A DNA stretch of 64,000 nt from Candidatus Poribacteria bacterium (GTDB lineage: Bacteria > Poribacteria > WGA-4E > JAJDTR01), in assembly GCA_965222225.1 (NCBI GenBank), contig CBDCTK010000002.1:4800001-4864000 (forward strand), read 5' to 3'. Shown here in pieces: positions 62,610 through 64,000 of this stretch (positions are counted from its first letter, which is position 1; each line of letters begins with the position of its first letter). Below the pieces are notes generated by a model. It saw only the letters and a program-made list of their open reading frames with translations, was not told the DNA's origin and ran no database searches. The position numbers were made by a program, and so were the translations under genes.

Positions 62610-64000
62610 TGGGGAACGTGACGATGGATATCGAGCGTAGATGGAAGATTTTGAACCTACTCTTTTTCCTAGGGATTGTGGCGTTCATGACGTTGACCTC
62701 CAGTGCGATTGACTTGCAATCTGCCTCTCTACAGAGCAAGCAAAGAGCTAACACTCAAGCTAAGGCGTCGGCTATGTCAGCCGGGCATCAGAAGATGTTG
62801 GCGCTGCTTGATCGGATTGCCGATAGAACTCCTGATGAAAACCCCTATCTTGGTGATAAAATTGCTCGTACGCTACGCAAGCAGATCGCTTCTTTGCCCG
62901 CAACTACATCAAATCCAATCAAATGGAGGCTTAATATGCAGGCGGGCGAGAAAGAGCTTCGTCTCGGCAATGAAGCCGATGCCATCAACCACTACATAGA
63001 AGCTCTGGAGTTTACCCGGTCAGCCCGCGATGGAGTCCCGCCACACGCCGTGCTCGAGTCTCATTTCTATCTTGGCCTTGCCTACATGAGGATGGCGGAG
63101 ACACAGAATTGTTGTCTCCGCCACACCCCTGAAAGTTGCATACTTCCTATTCAAGGTAATGGGATTCACACACAGCAAGACCCTTCGCGGCAGGCGATTT
63201 CGCATTTTACTGAAGTCCTTAAACGCACAACCGAGAAGTCTCCGCTTGTCTTTTCTCTCGGTGCGAGATGGTTGCTCAATATTTCTTACATGACTATTGG
63301 AACTTACCCCCACAAAGTGCCGCGGGAATACCTTATCCCGCCCCAAGCCTTCGAATCTGAGGAGGATATTTCACGTTTCAAGAACATCGCTCCAAATTTG
63401 GGGCTTGACGTTTTTGATTTGTCAGGAGGAGCAATCGCTGACGATTTTGACAATGATGGATACCTAGACATTGTTGTCTCGACTTGGGACGTGAAAGGAC
63501 AGATCCGGTTTTTCCGCAACAATCGCGACGGGACATTTTCTAATCGGACGAGACAAGCGGGGCTGTTGGGGTTATATGGTGGACTAAACCTAGTGCAGGC
63601 GGACTACGACAACGATGGGAATGTTGATATCTTGGTGCTACGGGGCGCTTGGCTGGGGAAGAATGGACGACACCCAAATTCTCTATTGCGTAACAATGGA
63701 GATGGATCCTTTACGGATTGCACCTTTGAAACCGGTTTGGGCGATGCGCATTACCCAACCCAGACCGCATCATGGGGCGATTACGATAATGATGGCGACC
63801 TAGATCTGTATATTGGCAATGAATCTTCGCAAGCATTCAGTGCCCCGTGTCAACTCTTCGAAAACAACGGTGATGGATCCTTTACTGATGTTGCAGGCAG
63901 GGCGCGAGTACAGAACCACCGTCTCGCCAAGTCAGTTATTTGGGGGGATTACAACAATGATCGGTTGCCTGACCTATACGTGTCAAATCTTAAGAAAGGC
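62609..64000 (+). CDS. CRTAC1-family FG-GAP protein with N-terminal TPR-like region, 3' truncated by window edge
   Basis: Open frame from ATG 62609 (absent from the ORF track because no stop is in the window): ETQNCCLRHTPESCILPI, DFDNDGYLDIV, DYDNDGNVDIL, DYDNDGDLDLY. Confidence 0.88.
   Translation, partial: MGNVTMDIERRWKILNLLFFLGIVAFMTLTSSAIDLQSASLQSKQRANTQAKASAMSAGHQKMLALLDRIADRTPDENPYLGDKIARTLRKQIASLPATTSNPIKWRLNMQAGEKELRLGNEADAINHYIEALEFTRSARDGVPPHAVLESHFYLGLAYMRMAETQNCCLRHTPESCILPIQGNGIHTQQDPSRQAISHFTEVLKRTTEKSPLVFSLGARWLLNISYMTIGTYPHKVPREYLIPPQAFESEEDISRFKNIAPNLGLDVFDLSGGAIADDFDNDGYLDIVVSTWDVKGQIRFFRNNRDGTFSNRTRQAGLLGLYGGLNLVQADYDNDGNVDILVLRGAWLGKNGRHPNSLLRNNGDGSFTDCTFETGLGDAHYPTQTASWGDYDNDGDLDLYIGNESSQAFSAPCQLFENNGDGSFTDVAGRARVQNHRLAKSVIWGDYNNDRLPDLYVSNLKKG

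Noticed and set aside
84-63803. Numerous antisense and alternate-frame ORFs in the ORF track (e.g. 3817-4308, 27762-28319, 29587-30066, 56299-56886)
   Set aside because: They overlap well-supported genes and lack motifs or RBS; shadow ORFs

Overview
Bacterial chromosomal DNA of about 50% GC (estimated by eye), most likely Candidatus Poribacteria. This assignment is inferred from a C-terminal AVxPxGKxxxxWxxLK motif, LamG, TPR and FG-GAP/ASPIC proteins, and many Gfo/Idh/MocA and amidohydrolase genes. Most of the window holds housekeeping, transport and sugar or amino-acid catabolic genes. Accessory parts: (1) a lower-GC, translationally coupled HEPN + ORC/CDC6-like P-loop ATPase pair inserted between an amidohydrolase and a Rieske gene (10819-12998), the best candidate for an undescribed defence or toxin system; (2) a degraded phage- or satellite-like island (~24.5-30.6 kb) with a DUF2280-like protein, a broken Cre-like recombinase, a second HEPN protein, an HhH glycosylase-like gene and two paralogous secreted genes; (3) an IS5-family element plus nested and tandem MITEs that share REP-like palindromic modules; (4) a secreted temptin-like CxxCH protein. 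About ten genes are disrupted by stops or frameshifts. I recognised no rRNA, tRNA or CRISPR array. All family calls come from motif recognition, not database searches.
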